Below are positions 19,365-28,452 of a DNA stretch of 64,000 bases, piece by piece (within the stretch, counting starts at the first letter, position 1; each line of letters starts with the position of its first letter). The notes beneath the pieces were generated by a model, which was given only the letters and a program-made list of their open reading frames with translations, was not told where the DNA came from and ran no database searches. The stretch is from an uncultured Clostridia bacterium (GTDB lineage: Bacteria > Bacillota > Clostridia > Christensenellales > HGM11417), in NCBI GenBank assembly GCA_944332455.1, contig CALVJY010000001.1, forward strand, positions 77,872 through 141,871, given 5' to 3'. The position numbers were made by a program, and so were the translations under genes.

Positions 19365-19590
19365 AAAAAATTCCTCCTTTGTCCTTTCCCTTTTGCGGGC
19401 CGTCCGATCGGGTCAAAGCCCGGCAGACTGCGCTCCTGAACGGCCTCCTGCCTCCGGCATCCGCGGAAGGCCGGGGCGCCCCGCGCTTTCAGGGCAAACC
19501 CGCCCCGCGGGAATGGGCCGGAACAAAACAGGCCCGAGGGAACTTCCTTCGGGCCTGCGCAAAAAACTTCTTATCCGGCGTGCGCCTCTT

Positions 19591-21210
19591 TTACTTGGCG
19601 TACTCCACGCTCCGCATCTCGCGGATGACGTTGACCTTGATCTGCCCGGGATACTCCATCTCGGCCTCGATCTTCTTGGCCACTTCCTTGGCCAGGAACA
19701 CGGTGGCGGTGTCGTCCACCACCTCGGGCTTGACCATGACCCGGACTTCCCGCCCGGCCTGGATGGCGAAGGACTTCTCCACGCCCGGGAAGGAATCGGC
19801 GATCTCCTCCAGCTTTTCCAGCCGCTTGACGTAGTTTTCCAGACTCTCGCGGCGGGCGCCCGGACGGGCTCCCGAAATGGCGTCGGCGGCCTGGACCAGC
19901 ACGGCCTCCACCGTCAGCGGCTCCACGTCGCCGTGGTGGGCCATGATGGCGTTGACCACTTCCTTGCTCTCGCGGTACTTCTTGGCCAGATCCGCGCCGA
20001 TCTGGATGTGGGTGCCCTCCAGCTCGAAGTCCACGGCCTTGCCGATGTCGTGCAGCAGTCCCGCCCGCTTGGCCAGGGCCACGTCGGCCCCCAGCTCGCC
20101 GGCCATGGTAGCTGCCAGAAAGGCCACTTCCAACGAATGTTTCAGGATGTTCTGCCCGTAGCTGGTCCGGAACTTCAGCCGGCCCAGCAGCTTGACCAGT
20201 TCGGGATGCAGGCCGTACACGCCGGTGTCGAACACCGCGGCGTCGCCGGCCTCCTTGATCTGATTTTCCACGTCCCGCTTGACCTTTTCCACGGTCTCCT
20301 CGATGCGGGCAGGATGGATGCGGCCGTCCACGATCAGCTTTTCCAGGGTGATGCGGGCCACCTCCCGGCGGATGGGGTCGAAGCCGGACAGAATGACCAC
20401 TTCGGGGGTGTCGTCGATGATGAGGTCGATGCCGGTGGCGGCCTCCAGCGCCCGGATGTTGCGGCCCTCGCGGCCGATGATCCGGCCCTTCATGTCGTCG
20501 CTGGGCAGGGGCACCACCGAGACCGTGCCCTCCGAGGCATGATCGGCGGCGCACTTCTGGATGGCCAGGCTGATGATCTCGCGGGCCTTTTTCTGCCCCT
20601 CGTTCTTGGCCTCGTTCTCGATGTCGCGGACCATTTTGACCGCGTCCTTTTTGGCCTCCTGCTCGTAGCCGGCGATCAGCTCGCTCTTGGCTTCCTCCTT
20701 GGTCATACCGGCCACTTTTTCAAGCTCGGCCAGCATTTTGTCGTGGGCGTGTCCCACTTCCTCGGACTTTTTCTCCAGCTCCTTTTCCCGCTCGGCAAGG
20801 TGCTTCTGGGTCTGTTCGAGCTGTTCGTTGCGCTTGTTTAAGACCTGCTCCTTTTTGTCCAGCACGTCCTCCTTGGAGATCAGGCGCTGCTCGTCCTTTT
20901 TGATCTCGACGCGGCGGTCGCGGGCCTCGCGCTCGGCCTCCTGACGGAGACGCTGCGCTTCCTCCTTGCCCTCCACAATGAGTTCTTTTTTCCTCGTCCC
21001 GGCCTCTTCGATCACGCGTTTTGCATCTTCTCTCGCAAGTTCCACAATATTTTTCGCTTCCTCGGAGTCCTCCCGCATCTTCCGCTCGGTCCGCTTTTTG
21101 TTGACCAGGTAGAAGATCAGAAGGCCGAGTCCGGTAAATATGACTGCGACCAAAGCCAGGAAGAGGTATCCGATTCCTTCGATCCCGATGGCGCTTAAAG
21201 CACTCAGCAT
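19591..21210 (-). CDS. rny: Ribonuclease Y
   Basis: TM, coiled coil, KH ([13 protein letters not shown]), HD (LLHDIGK), AIQAGRE. Confidence 0.97.
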   Translation of the reverse strand: MLSALSAIGIEGIGYLFLALVAVIFTGLGLLIFYLVNKKRTERKMREDSEEAKNIVELAREDAKRVIEEAGTRKKELIVEGKEEAQRLRQEAEREARDRRVEIKKDEQRLISKEDVLDKKEQVLNKRNEQLEQTQKHLAEREKELEKKSEEVGHAHDKMLAELEKVAGMTKEEAKSELIAGYEQEAKKDAVKMVRDIENEAKNEGQKKAREIISLAIQKCAADHASEGTVSVVPLPSDDMKGRIIGREGRNIRALEAATGIDLIIDDTPEVVILSGFDPIRREVARITLEKLIVDGRIHPARIEETVEKVKRDVENQIKEAGDAAVFDTGVYGLHPELVKLLGRLKFRTSYGQNILKHSLEVAFLAATMAGELGADVALAKRAGLLHDIGKAVDFELEGTHIQIGADLAKKYRESKEVVNAIMAHHGDVEPLTVEAVLVQAADAISGARPGARRESLENYVKRLEKLEEIADSFPGVEKSFAIQAGREVRVMVKPEVVDDTATVFLAKEVAKKIEAEMEYPGQIKVNVIREMRSVEYAK

Positions 21211-21474
21211 CTTTCGTTACCTCCTTTCCGTTCTGTCAAGTACCCCAAAAAAGTACTTTAAAATTATTATACTATATCATACCCTCCGAAGTCAAGAACA
21301 ATGCGCGCCAAACAGGGGCCTGCCGTCCGAAAAATTTTAATTTTTTGCCCCAAACCGGCCCCGGAGGGAAAAGCTTCCCCCGCCTTTCCCGGATCGGGTC
21401 GAAAAAAGAAGGTTCTCCCGCCCCGGCCGGGCCGCTCTGCAAAGCCAAAATGTGCCGGCCGGCCCTCTTGCGAG

Positions 21475-21705
21475 ACAGAAACGCGCCCGGGCCTGTCCTC
21501 CCTGCAAACCTGAAACGCGCCGGCTAATCCTCCGAAAAATCCGGGACAGGCAGCGGCGCCCTCCCGAAAAACCGAAATACCTGCCTGTCTGGCCGCCCTG
21601 CAAAACCGAAATACCTCGGCCGGTCCTCCCTGAAAGGCCGAAACGCGCCGAAAAGCCGAAACACCTCGGCCGGTCCTCCCGGCATATCCGGGACAGGCAG
21701 AGGCC
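21475..21705. repeat. Mosaic of degenerate direct repeats between degV and rny
   Basis: ccgaaaYacctcggccggtcctccc x2, atccgggacaggcag x2, gaaacgcgcc x3. Confidence 0.65.
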
Positions 21706-21796
21706 GACTTTCGGCCCAGCTCCGGCCCGGCGTTCTCTTTCGGCCGGAAAGAGCCGAAGGCCCCGGCCGGGTTTTCCCGGCCGGGGCCTTCGGCTG

Positions 21797-21878
21797 TATC
21801 ATCCTTACAAAGGTTCAACGATATCGTGGTTTTCGATATCATCCTTACAGGTTTGCGGTATCGTCTTTACACGGGTTT
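21797..21878. repeat. Three ~19-bp direct repeats echoing the degV stop region
   Basis: tatcatccttacaaaggtt, tatcatccttacaggttt, tatcgtctttacacgggttt. Confidence 0.7.
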
Positions 21879-22721
21879 GTCGTTCAGGAACAAAAGGCCC
21901 AGCGTCCCTTTGCCGCAGTGGCAGGTGATGGTGCTGCCGGCCATGGTCTCGTACACCGTCTCGAAGTCGAACAGCTCCCGGGTGGCCCTTTTGGCGATCT
22001 CCACCAGCTCGGGATCCATCTCGGTGTGGGTGATAAAAGCCCTGGTGCGGTCGGGGGTGGGATAGCGCTCGTGCAGGTACTCGATGTAGTTGCGCACCAC
22101 TTTGTCCATATTCCCCCTGAGCTTTTCCTTGGCAGGCTTCAGATATCCTTCCTGCATGTTCAGGATGGGATGGATCTTCAGCAGATTGGCGCCCAGCAGG
22201 GTCAGGCCCGAGCACCGGCCGCCCTTGTACAGGTACTCCAGCTTGTCCACCACAAAGGAGGTCTGATCGTTGGGGACCAGGCCCTCGAGGATGCGGATCA
22301 CCTCCCGGATGTCGGTGCCGGCGTCCAGCAGGTCCCGGGCCTTCATGGCCAGAAGGGAAGTGCCGGTCGACAGCGCGCCCCCGTCCACCACGTAGACGTT
22401 TTTCAGCTCGGAGGCGGCCAGCGTGGCGTTCTGCCAGCAGGCCGACAGATGCTGCGAGATGGAGACGTGCAGCACCTGATCGCATTCTTTCAGCAGTTTT
22501 TCGAAGTGTTCGCGGAAGGCATAGGAACTGACCGCCGAGGTCTTGGGGAGGATACCGGTCTTTTCGACGTAGGCAAAGATGTCCGGCGGGGTGACGGTGA
22601 TCCCGTCCTCGTAGTCCTTGTCCCCCAGAATGATGGTCAGCGGAACGACCCGGATGTCGAACTGTTTGACGAGTTCCGGCGTCAGATCCATTGTGGAATC
22701 CATGGAAATGATGGTCTTCAT
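21867..22721 (-). CDS. degV: DegV-family fatty acid-binding protein
   Basis: DSTMDL, PKTSAVS, KLEYLYKGGR, ITCHCGKGTLG. Confidence 0.93.
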   Translation of the reverse strand: MKTIISMDSTMDLTPELVKQFDIRVVPLTIILGDKDYEDGITVTPPDIFAYVEKTGILPKTSAVSSYAFREHFEKLLKECDQVLHVSISQHLSACWQNATLAASELKNVYVVDGGALSTGTSLLAMKARDLLDAGTDIREVIRILEGLVPNDQTSFVVDKLEYLYKGGRCSGLTLLGANLLKIHPILNMQEGYLKPAKEKLRGNMDKVVRNYIEYLHERYPTPDRTRAFITHTEMDPELVEIAKRATRELFDFETVYETMAGSTITCHCGKGTLGLLFLNDKPV

Positions 22722-22912
22722 GAGAGCCTCCAGTGGTCTTTTTTAAACTTTACGCCCGTCGGGCGGTTTTTTCAGGTGTCAGTCGGGGAGATCGCAGGGG
22801 CTTTCTCCCCGGCGGCCATGATGCGGACTCCCGGGAAAACGTCCGGCCCGCCTGCATGCGGATCCCGCGCTGCCTTCAGATCGATCCGCGGGCCTGTCCG
22901 AAAAGAAAGGCC

Positions 22913-23605
22913 TCAGGCCGCGGCGGACAGTCCGCTCAAAGTCTCGCTTCCGGGGGCCGGCAGCGGGGTCAAATCCGGGCTTTCGGAAGACGGCAGGGCC
23001 GTAAACAGGTCGGCCCAGGTGTTGACCACCCGGGAGATCCCCCCGTCCCGGAACAGCAAAATCACCCGGCCCACCAGCTGGGAACGCCCGATGGGGCCGT
23101 AGTCAAAGCTGTCCTGACTGACCTCGCGGTGGTCGCCGGCCAGGAAGACTTCGTCTTCCTCGAGGTGCCAGGTCTTGCCGTTGTTGGCGGAATCGTTCTG
23201 TCCGTAGATGTAAGGTTCGTTTTGCAGGACGATGACCTCCCCGTCCTCCTGTTCGATGCGGACGGTGTGCTCGTCCACCTGAGTGATGGTGTCTCCGCCC
23301 AGGGCCAGCACCCGCTTGATGACCAGGGTGCCGTCGTTGGAGTAGGCGATGACGATGTCGCCGTAGGCATAGCCGGTCAGCCGCAGCACCCCCACCGTGT
23401 CCCCGGAGTTCCGGAACGTAGGCTCCATGGAGTGGCCCAGCACCGGCAGAGAGAGGTAGACATAGTTGGGAATGACATAGATCCAGAGGATGGCGACGAT
23501 CAGGAGGATGGTGAAAAACAGCAGGTCCCCCCGCATCTCCTTTTCCGGATCCTGCCGGCGCTCGATCTCGGCGGGATCGAATCGGTTGGCTGAACGAAAT
23601 CTCAT
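22913..23605 (-). CDS. lepB: Signal peptidase I
   Basis: GHSMEPT (Ser), VIKRV (Lys), GDHREVSQDS. Confidence 0.9.
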   Translation of the reverse strand: MRFRSANRFDPAEIERRQDPEKEMRGDLLFFTILLIVAILWIYVIPNYVYLSLPVLGHSMEPTFRNSGDTVGVLRLTGYAYGDIVIAYSNDGTLVIKRVLALGGDTITQVDEHTVRIEQEDGEVIVLQNEPYIYGQNDSANNGKTWHLEEDEVFLAGDHREVSQDSFDYGPIGRSQLVGRVILLFRDGGISRVVNTWADLFTALPSSESPDLTPLPAPGSETLSGLSAAA

Positions 23606-23802
23606 GGCGTTTCCCTTTGGCTGTCCTGCGGAATGTGGCGCTTGACCCTCTTTTTAAAGCTCTCCAGATCCAGCATGACGATCCGGCCGCAGGTCAGGCA
23701 CTTCAGCTTGACGTCGGTCCCGGTGCGCAGGATCTCCCACTCGTTGCCCCCGCAGGGGTGGTTCTTTTTGGTGACGACGATATCTTTGACCTTGTAGATC
23801 AT
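23602..23802 (-). CDS. DUF951 family protein
   Basis: KKNHPCGGNEWEILRTGTDVKLKCLTCGR. Confidence 0.92.
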   Translation of the reverse strand: MIYKVKDIVVTKKNHPCGGNEWEILRTGTDVKLKCLTCGRIVMLDLESFKKRVKRHIPQDSQRETP

Positions 23803-23804
23803 GG

Positions 23805-25469
23805 CTAAACCCAGAGGATGTTGTTGAACACGGCCGGACGTTCGGTCAAAAAGGCCGCCATGGAGACCGCCCAGGTCTTTAAGATCCGCCCGTCCGCCGC
23901 CTTGAAGTTTTCCTTCTTCAGGGTGACCGGCTGCCAGATCTCCCCGCCCAGCAGTTTGACCTCGGCGCGGTAGACGTATTCGCTCTCCTTCCCCTTGTCG
24001 GCGTAAAAGACCACCGTCAGGGTCTGCGGCTGTCTGGACCAGACGTCAAAGCGGAAGAGGTTTTCGTCCTCGCCCCGGAAGGCCTGCCCCGAGAGCTTGT
24101 AGGTGGCCAGGGACTGCACGGTCCCGCTCACCCCGGCGATCCCCAGCGGCCCCTCGGCCATTTTGACCGGGACCTGGCTGAGAAAGAGGTCGGACTGCCG
24201 CTTCAGCCCCTCCACGGGGTAGCAGGTAAAGGAGTCCTCCCCCATCATTCCGTTGTAGATGACGTGCCCGGCCGCGGCCGGCGCGGCGAGCGAGGAAATG
24301 TCCCCCACCGCAAAGCTGCTGGACTGGGTCATGCCGTTTTCCATGGTCACATTGGCATAGGCGAACACCCGCGAGCAGGCCCCGCGCAGGGGGATGGCCC
24401 CCTCGTAGACCCCCTCGCCGATGCGCATGATCTTCAGGCTCTTCCAGTCCCGTTCCACCGGGGCCACGGTGTCGAAGGCGTAGTAGACTTTGACCTCGGC
24501 CTCCTTTCCCGGCGAAGTCAGCCGCAGCAGGGGGACCTTGTTGCGGATCTCGAAGCTGAGCTCGCAGCTTTGGGGAAGCTCCAGCGGCCGGCCCTTGAGC
24601 TGCCGCTCCAGGAAAAGATCCAGCGTGGCCGCAGCGCGATCGGAGAGCAGCCCGTACAGCCTGGGGGAAAACTCATAGATCAGCTCGCAGTCCTCCGGCA
24701 CCCGGTGCAGGGTGTCGTAGGCGCGGTCCATGTCGGTGCAGTCGTCGTTGGTGCCGGACAGAAAGAGGAAGGGCACCTTTAAGAAGGAGGCGTAGCTTTC
24801 CACCGCGATGCCGGCCAGATACCGCCGGATCTCGTCGTCCATGTCCATGACGCTGCCGGCGGGGTCGAATTTGGGCCGGCCCTGGTAGCGCTCCCAGCCC
24901 GCGAAGAACAGGGAGCCGCAGGCGGCCAGCGAAGGCTCCAGCACGGCCAGGTGCCAGGCCATCAGCCCGCCCCGGCGGTAGCCGAAAAAGGCGATCTTTT
25001 CGGATCCGGACAGCGCCTTTGCCGCCCGGACGGCATAGCGGGCCACCCCCGTCCACTCGTAGAAGCAGTTCTCCCGGGCCGTGGGCTCGGCAAAGCGGAG
25101 ATGCCGCCCCGCCCGCTGAAAGTTGGCGTAGGAAACGCATTCGGGATAGAGGGTGAACCGCCCCTTTTCCCGCTCGCCGGCGTAGTCGAACATGAGCACG
25201 GCATAGCCCCGCCGGCAGAAGTAGCCCATGATGTCCAGGTCCACCGTCAGATCGCAGTCGTTGGCCAGCACCACCGCGGGGGCGTGCTCGTCCGCCCCCA
25301 GGGCGTGGGCAAACACGGCGTAGATCCTGGGTCGGCCCCCGCCGGTCTCCCGTCCCGAGAAGTAGACCTCGGTCAGGCTCATCTGGTTCTGTTCAGAGGT
25401 GCGGATCACGCTCAGGTCCAGCGGCTGTTCGCCGTCAAAATCCGCCCAGAGCGTGACCGGCGTGTACAT
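23805..25469 (-). CDS. Alpha/beta-hydrolase-fold protein with C-terminal beta domains
   Basis: GYAVLMFDYAG, FFGYRRGG elbow, PFLFLSGTND; start assumed at MYTPVTLW. Confidence 0.7.
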   Translation of the reverse strand: MYTPVTLWADFDGEQPLDLSVIRTSEQNQMSLTEVYFSGRETGGGRPRIYAVFAHALGADEHAPAVVLANDCDLTVDLDIMGYFCRRGYAVLMFDYAGEREKGRFTLYPECVSYANFQRAGRHLRFAEPTARENCFYEWTGVARYAVRAAKALSGSEKIAFFGYRRGGLMAWHLAVLEPSLAACGSLFFAGWERYQGRPKFDPAGSVMDMDDEIRRYLAGIAVESYASFLKVPFLFLSGTNDDCTDMDRAYDTLHRVPEDCELIYEFSPRLYGLLSDRAAATLDLFLERQLKGRPLELPQSCELSFEIRNKVPLLRLTSPGKEAEVKVYYAFDTVAPVERDWKSLKIMRIGEGVYEGAIPLRGACSRVFAYANVTMENGMTQSSSFAVGDISSLAAPAAAGHVIYNGMMGEDSFTCYPVEGLKRQSDLFLSQVPVKMAEGPLGIAGVSGTVQSLATYKLSGQAFRGEDENLFRFDVWSRQPQTLTVVFYADKGKESEYVYRAEVKLLGGEIWQPVTLKKENFKAADGRILKTWAVSMAAFLTERPAVFNNILWV

Positions 25470-25521
25470 GACGTTTTCCAAACTCTGCCCCCGCCGTCCG
25501 AGGACGGCCACATCGTATTTA

Positions 25522-25696
25522 AGGCATCCCCGCACAAAGACCGCCTTGCGGCTTTGTGTACGCCTTGCTTGCATCTTTTCCGCCACTTGGCCCAAAATCT
25601 CCTTGAAATACGTTCAGTATTCCTGCGTCGATTTTGGACGAATTGACGAAAAATCTGACGGCACAATCCGCACACAATCTTCATGCGGTGCTGCCT
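25522..25696 (-). mobile_element. Rod-folding intergenic element copy A (MITE-like or structured RNA)
   Basis: Imperfect 13-bp terminal inverted repeats flanked by TA on both sides; internal stem ccaaaatc/gattttgg; homologous to 26112..26250. Confidence 0.6.
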
Positions 25697-26062
25697 TAGA
25701 TTATTTTACCATATCATGAAAACTTTTGCAACTAATTCCGGCCGCCGGCCCTCTTTTTGCTCCTTTTTCGCCCCCTGGCCCGATGCCGCCGGGAGAACAC
25801 CGGAACCATTCCGTCCTCCGGAGGGAGGCCCCCTTTTGGGCCGTTCCGACCCTTTTGCTCCCCGCTCGTCTCCGCGCCCCTCGCCTCCTCTCTCCCTGCC
25901 GGGTGCCCCCTTTTACTCCCTTCCTTCCTCTGCCCTCGCCTCCTCTCTTTCCGCCCGCTCCGGCCGTGCGTTTCGCGGGGCTTCAGCATTTAAACCTGCT
26001 CTTTCCCTCCTCCGGCTCTCTGCCCTCAGGAAAGAGGGCGGAAAAATCCCCTCTTAAAAGGT

Positions 26063-26090
26063 TGACATTTTTGCGGAAATTTACTATACT
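26063..26090 (+). promoter_or_regulatory. Sigma-A promoter upstream of element B, riboswitch and mntP
   Basis: TTGACA ... TATACT at canonical spacing. Confidence 0.8.
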
Positions 26091-26111
26091 GATACAAAAG
26101 TGATTTTTAAC

Positions 26112-26250
26112 AGGCGACACGGCAGGAAGACGGCGTTTTGTCCGTTTGTTCAGGATCGGCGCGGGAATACCCGGACGAACAGGAGATCTTGGCAAAGGGG
26201 CGAAAGCCAGGCGATCCAAAGCCGCAAGGCGGTCTTTGCGCTGTGCGCCT
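26112..26250 (+). ncRNA. Rod-folding intergenic element copy B in the mntP leader
   Basis: Closing stem aggcg-a-cacggc/gctgtg-cgcct; 22 nt identical to copy A. Confidence 0.55.
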
Positions 26251-26255
26251 CAACG

Positions 26256-26376
26256 GTTTGAGGGAGTAATGGGCGCCCGTCCGGGCGCGGCCGGTCAACA
26301 CGCTGACCCTTCGGGGTCTGGCCTGCCTGAAATCATGAGACTCGGACCCCCGCTGTGGGGGGACGAGTCTTTTTTT
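26256..26376 (+). ncRNA. yybP-ykoY (Mn2+) riboswitch with terminator
   Basis: gggagta...gtcaacac...tggc...gagac pattern, hairpin plus U7, directly upstream of mntP. Confidence 0.85.
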
Positions 26377-26420
26377 GCGCCGGCGGCCGGCCGAGATTTG
26401 CCGCTTTTGGGAGGATTTTT

Positions 26421-26987
26421 ATGAGTTTGTGGGAAATTCTGCTGCTCGGGCTGGGCCTGGCCATGGACGCCTTCGCGGTCTCGGTCTGCAAGGGCATGGC
26501 CGTCAAGGATCTGAATTTCAAAAAGGCCCTGATCGTGGGCCTGTGGTTCGGCATCGCCCAGGCCGTCATGCCCATGCTGGGCTATGCGCTGGGCGTGCAG
26601 TTCCGGGAGATCATCGAGAGCTTCGACCACTGGATCGCCTTCGGCCTGCTGCTGTTCATCGGGGGCAAGATGATCTTCGAGGGCATCCGCAACAAGGAGG
26701 AGGGCGAGGACGATTCCCTCCGCTTTTCCAAGATGTTCCTGCTGGCCGTGGCCACCAGCATCGACGCCCTGGCCGTGGGCATCACCTTCGCCTTTTTGCA
26801 GGTGGAAGTCTTTTCGGCCTCGGCCGTCATCGGCGTGCTGACCCTGGCCTGCTGCGTGGGCGGGTGCTACGTGGGCCGCTTTTTCGGGGACAAACTCAAA
26901 AACAAGGCCGAGATCGCCGGCGGCGTGGTGCTGGTGCTGATCGGGGTCAAGATCTTGCTTGAGCATCTGGGCATTCTGGTGCTGTGA
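26421..26987 (+). CDS. mntP: Manganese efflux pump MntP
   Basis: LAMDAFAVS, DHWIAF, ATSIDALAVG. Confidence 0.95.
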   Translation: MSLWEILLLGLGLAMDAFAVSVCKGMAVKDLNFKKALIVGLWFGIAQAVMPMLGYALGVQFREIIESFDHWIAFGLLLFIGGKMIFEGIRNKEEGEDDSLRFSKMFLLAVATSIDALAVGITFAFLQVEVFSASAVIGVLTLACCVGGCYVGRFFGDKLKNKAEIAGGVVLVLIGVKILLEHLGILVL

Positions 26988-27123
26988 GCGGACGGCTTAT
27001 AACCACCAATTGCGTTTCGGCCGTTTTCTTTCCGTTGGCCGGCCTTCGCCGGAAGCCTTGGGCGGCAGAATACGGCTCCTGAACCGATCATAACGCCTCC
27101 CCCTTTCTCTGCACGCATCTTCC

Positions 27124-27197
27124 GAATATACCGGGGATTTGAACATATACCCGGGTTTTGAATATATCCCGGGGATTTGAATATATACCGGAGGCTT
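27124..27197. repeat. 4 x ~19-bp degenerate tandem repeat (gaatatataccgggga-ttt)
   Basis: Units at 27124, 27141, 27160 and 27179. Confidence 0.75.
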
Positions 27198-27233
27198 ACA
27201 TGCCGAGGATTATTGGGAGCTTGAATATGGCGA

Positions 27234-27270
27234 GGGCAGCCGCGGGAAATTTTCCCGCGGCTGCCCTTTT
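27234..27270. terminator. Intrinsic terminator between convergent transcription units
   Basis: Perfect inverted repeat gggcagccgcgggaaa/tttcccgcggctgccc plus tttt. Confidence 0.8.
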
Positions 27271-27321
27271 GAACTTTAGAAAAATTAAACTTCTTTGTAT
27301 CCGGCCTGCCCCTCAGACTTT

Positions 27322-28452
27322 CGCCCTCAGGTCTTGACGAAGGGGATCAGCCAGGCGTGGGGCTATGTTCTCTGTTTAATCTTCCGCGGGGGTCGCTTTG
27401 ATCTCCAATGCCGGCTTGTTGTCGGCGTTCAGGGGGGATATGACGGACTGCCCAAGTTGTGTTTCGATGTCCGTCCGCGCATTTTTCGCCACTTTGCCGC
27501 CACGGCGGGCCACAGACTTGTTCTCCTCAAAGGTCTCCGGTTGCTCCTGCCTGGAGATCGCCGTCGTCGTGACCTCTGCCAGCATATTCAGAACCAGCTC
27601 GATGTTGGTCATGTTGTCGCGGAGGTTTTCCTTATGTAAGCCCTTGACCTGCTTGTATTCCTGCACCGTAAGTCCGCTCCACGCCTTTGTCATTTCGTTG
27701 GTCAGAATGGCATAGTCCTTTTCCCGCTCGATCCCCCGCGCCTTCCATTCATCGGTCAGTTCTCTGCGCATTTCGATGGTCTGCAGGCGCTGATTGATCC
27801 AGCCCTCGGGATACCCTTTGGCACGGTAAAACGCGGCGCCCCGCAGAATGGCTTTTTCGGGGTCGGCGATCTCGTCGAGGCGTTCGCTTCCCACCTGCGC
27901 CAGCCACAGCTTGAACGGCTCGGCTTTGGGGGAGGGAATGGACTGAATGATACGAAGAATATTCTTTGTATTCGCCGCCTGTATCTTTCGCCGTTTCCCG
28001 TCCAGGCCTGTCATTTCAACAGGGGTACAAATTGTACCCCACTTGTCCGCAAGCGCGGCGTCGCGTGAACGCATCTTTTTGATGTACTGTTTGGGATCAG
28101 AACTGTCGGTCAACACTTCCACTACGTCGACCACGGAAAAGTACCACTCTTCCTCTTCTGCGTTCCAACTCGTTCTGATCTGTCTGCTTTCAAAGACCTT
28201 GATCTTGTTCTCCGTCATACAGATACCCTCTGAAATTCAGATCGTCGACCGCTTTGATCAAAAACCGGGCCTGACGAACCGACGTGAAAGCGGCGGACGG
28301 TCTCTCATCAAAAGAGGCTTCAGCCCCCTTCAAAGACAAAAAACGGCAGTGCACGGCCAGGGAAAACTTTTGCCGGACAGGGATTGGACCTCTTTCAAAA
28401 ACTCCGCGGCCGCCCTCAGGTCTTGACGAAGGGGATCAGCCAGGCGTGGGGC
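27322..28452. mobile_element. Mini-island bounded by 42-bp perfect direct repeats (att-like)
   Basis: cgccctcaggtcttgacgaaggggatcagccaggcgtggggc at 27322-27363 and 28411-28452, equal to the 3' end of the SDR gene. Confidence 0.75.
27376..28218 (-). CDS. BRO-N domain (phage antirepressor-like) protein
   Basis: WYFSVVDVVEVLT, RIIQSIPSPKAEPFKLWLA, KENLRDNM; more AT-rich codons than neighbours. Confidence 0.88.
   Translation of the reverse strand: MTENKIKVFESRQIRTSWNAEEEEWYFSVVDVVEVLTDSSDPKQYIKKMRSRDAALADKWGTICTPVEMTGLDGKRRKIQAANTKNILRIIQSIPSPKAEPFKLWLAQVGSERLDEIADPEKAILRGAAFYRAKGYPEGWINQRLQTIEMRRELTDEWKARGIEREKDYAILTNEMTKAWSGLTVQEYKQVKGLHKENLRDNMTNIELVLNMLAEVTTTAISRQEQPETFEENKSVARRGGKVAKNARTDIETQLGQSVISPLNADNKPALEIKATPAED

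Noticed and set aside
16975-19416. 813-aa ORF as a single protein or mscS fusion
   Set aside because: The N-terminal third overlaps mscS in another frame and is low-complexity; the real start has an RBS and signal peptide at 18549.
21267-21842. 191-aa ORF in the degV-rny spacer
   Set aside because: Derived from intergenic repeats, overlaps the rny promoter and has atypical composition.
26112-26250. 6S RNA, SRP RNA, lysine or c-di-GMP-I riboswitch
   Set aside because: Only isolated words match (gggaataccc, ggcaaa..gaaa). Motif order and hallmark sequences are missing, and multiple dispersed homologs argue against a single-copy housekeeping RNA.
28268-28305. Hammerhead ribozyme (ctgacga...gaaa) upstream of the BRO gene
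   Set aside because: Could not build stems I-III around the core.
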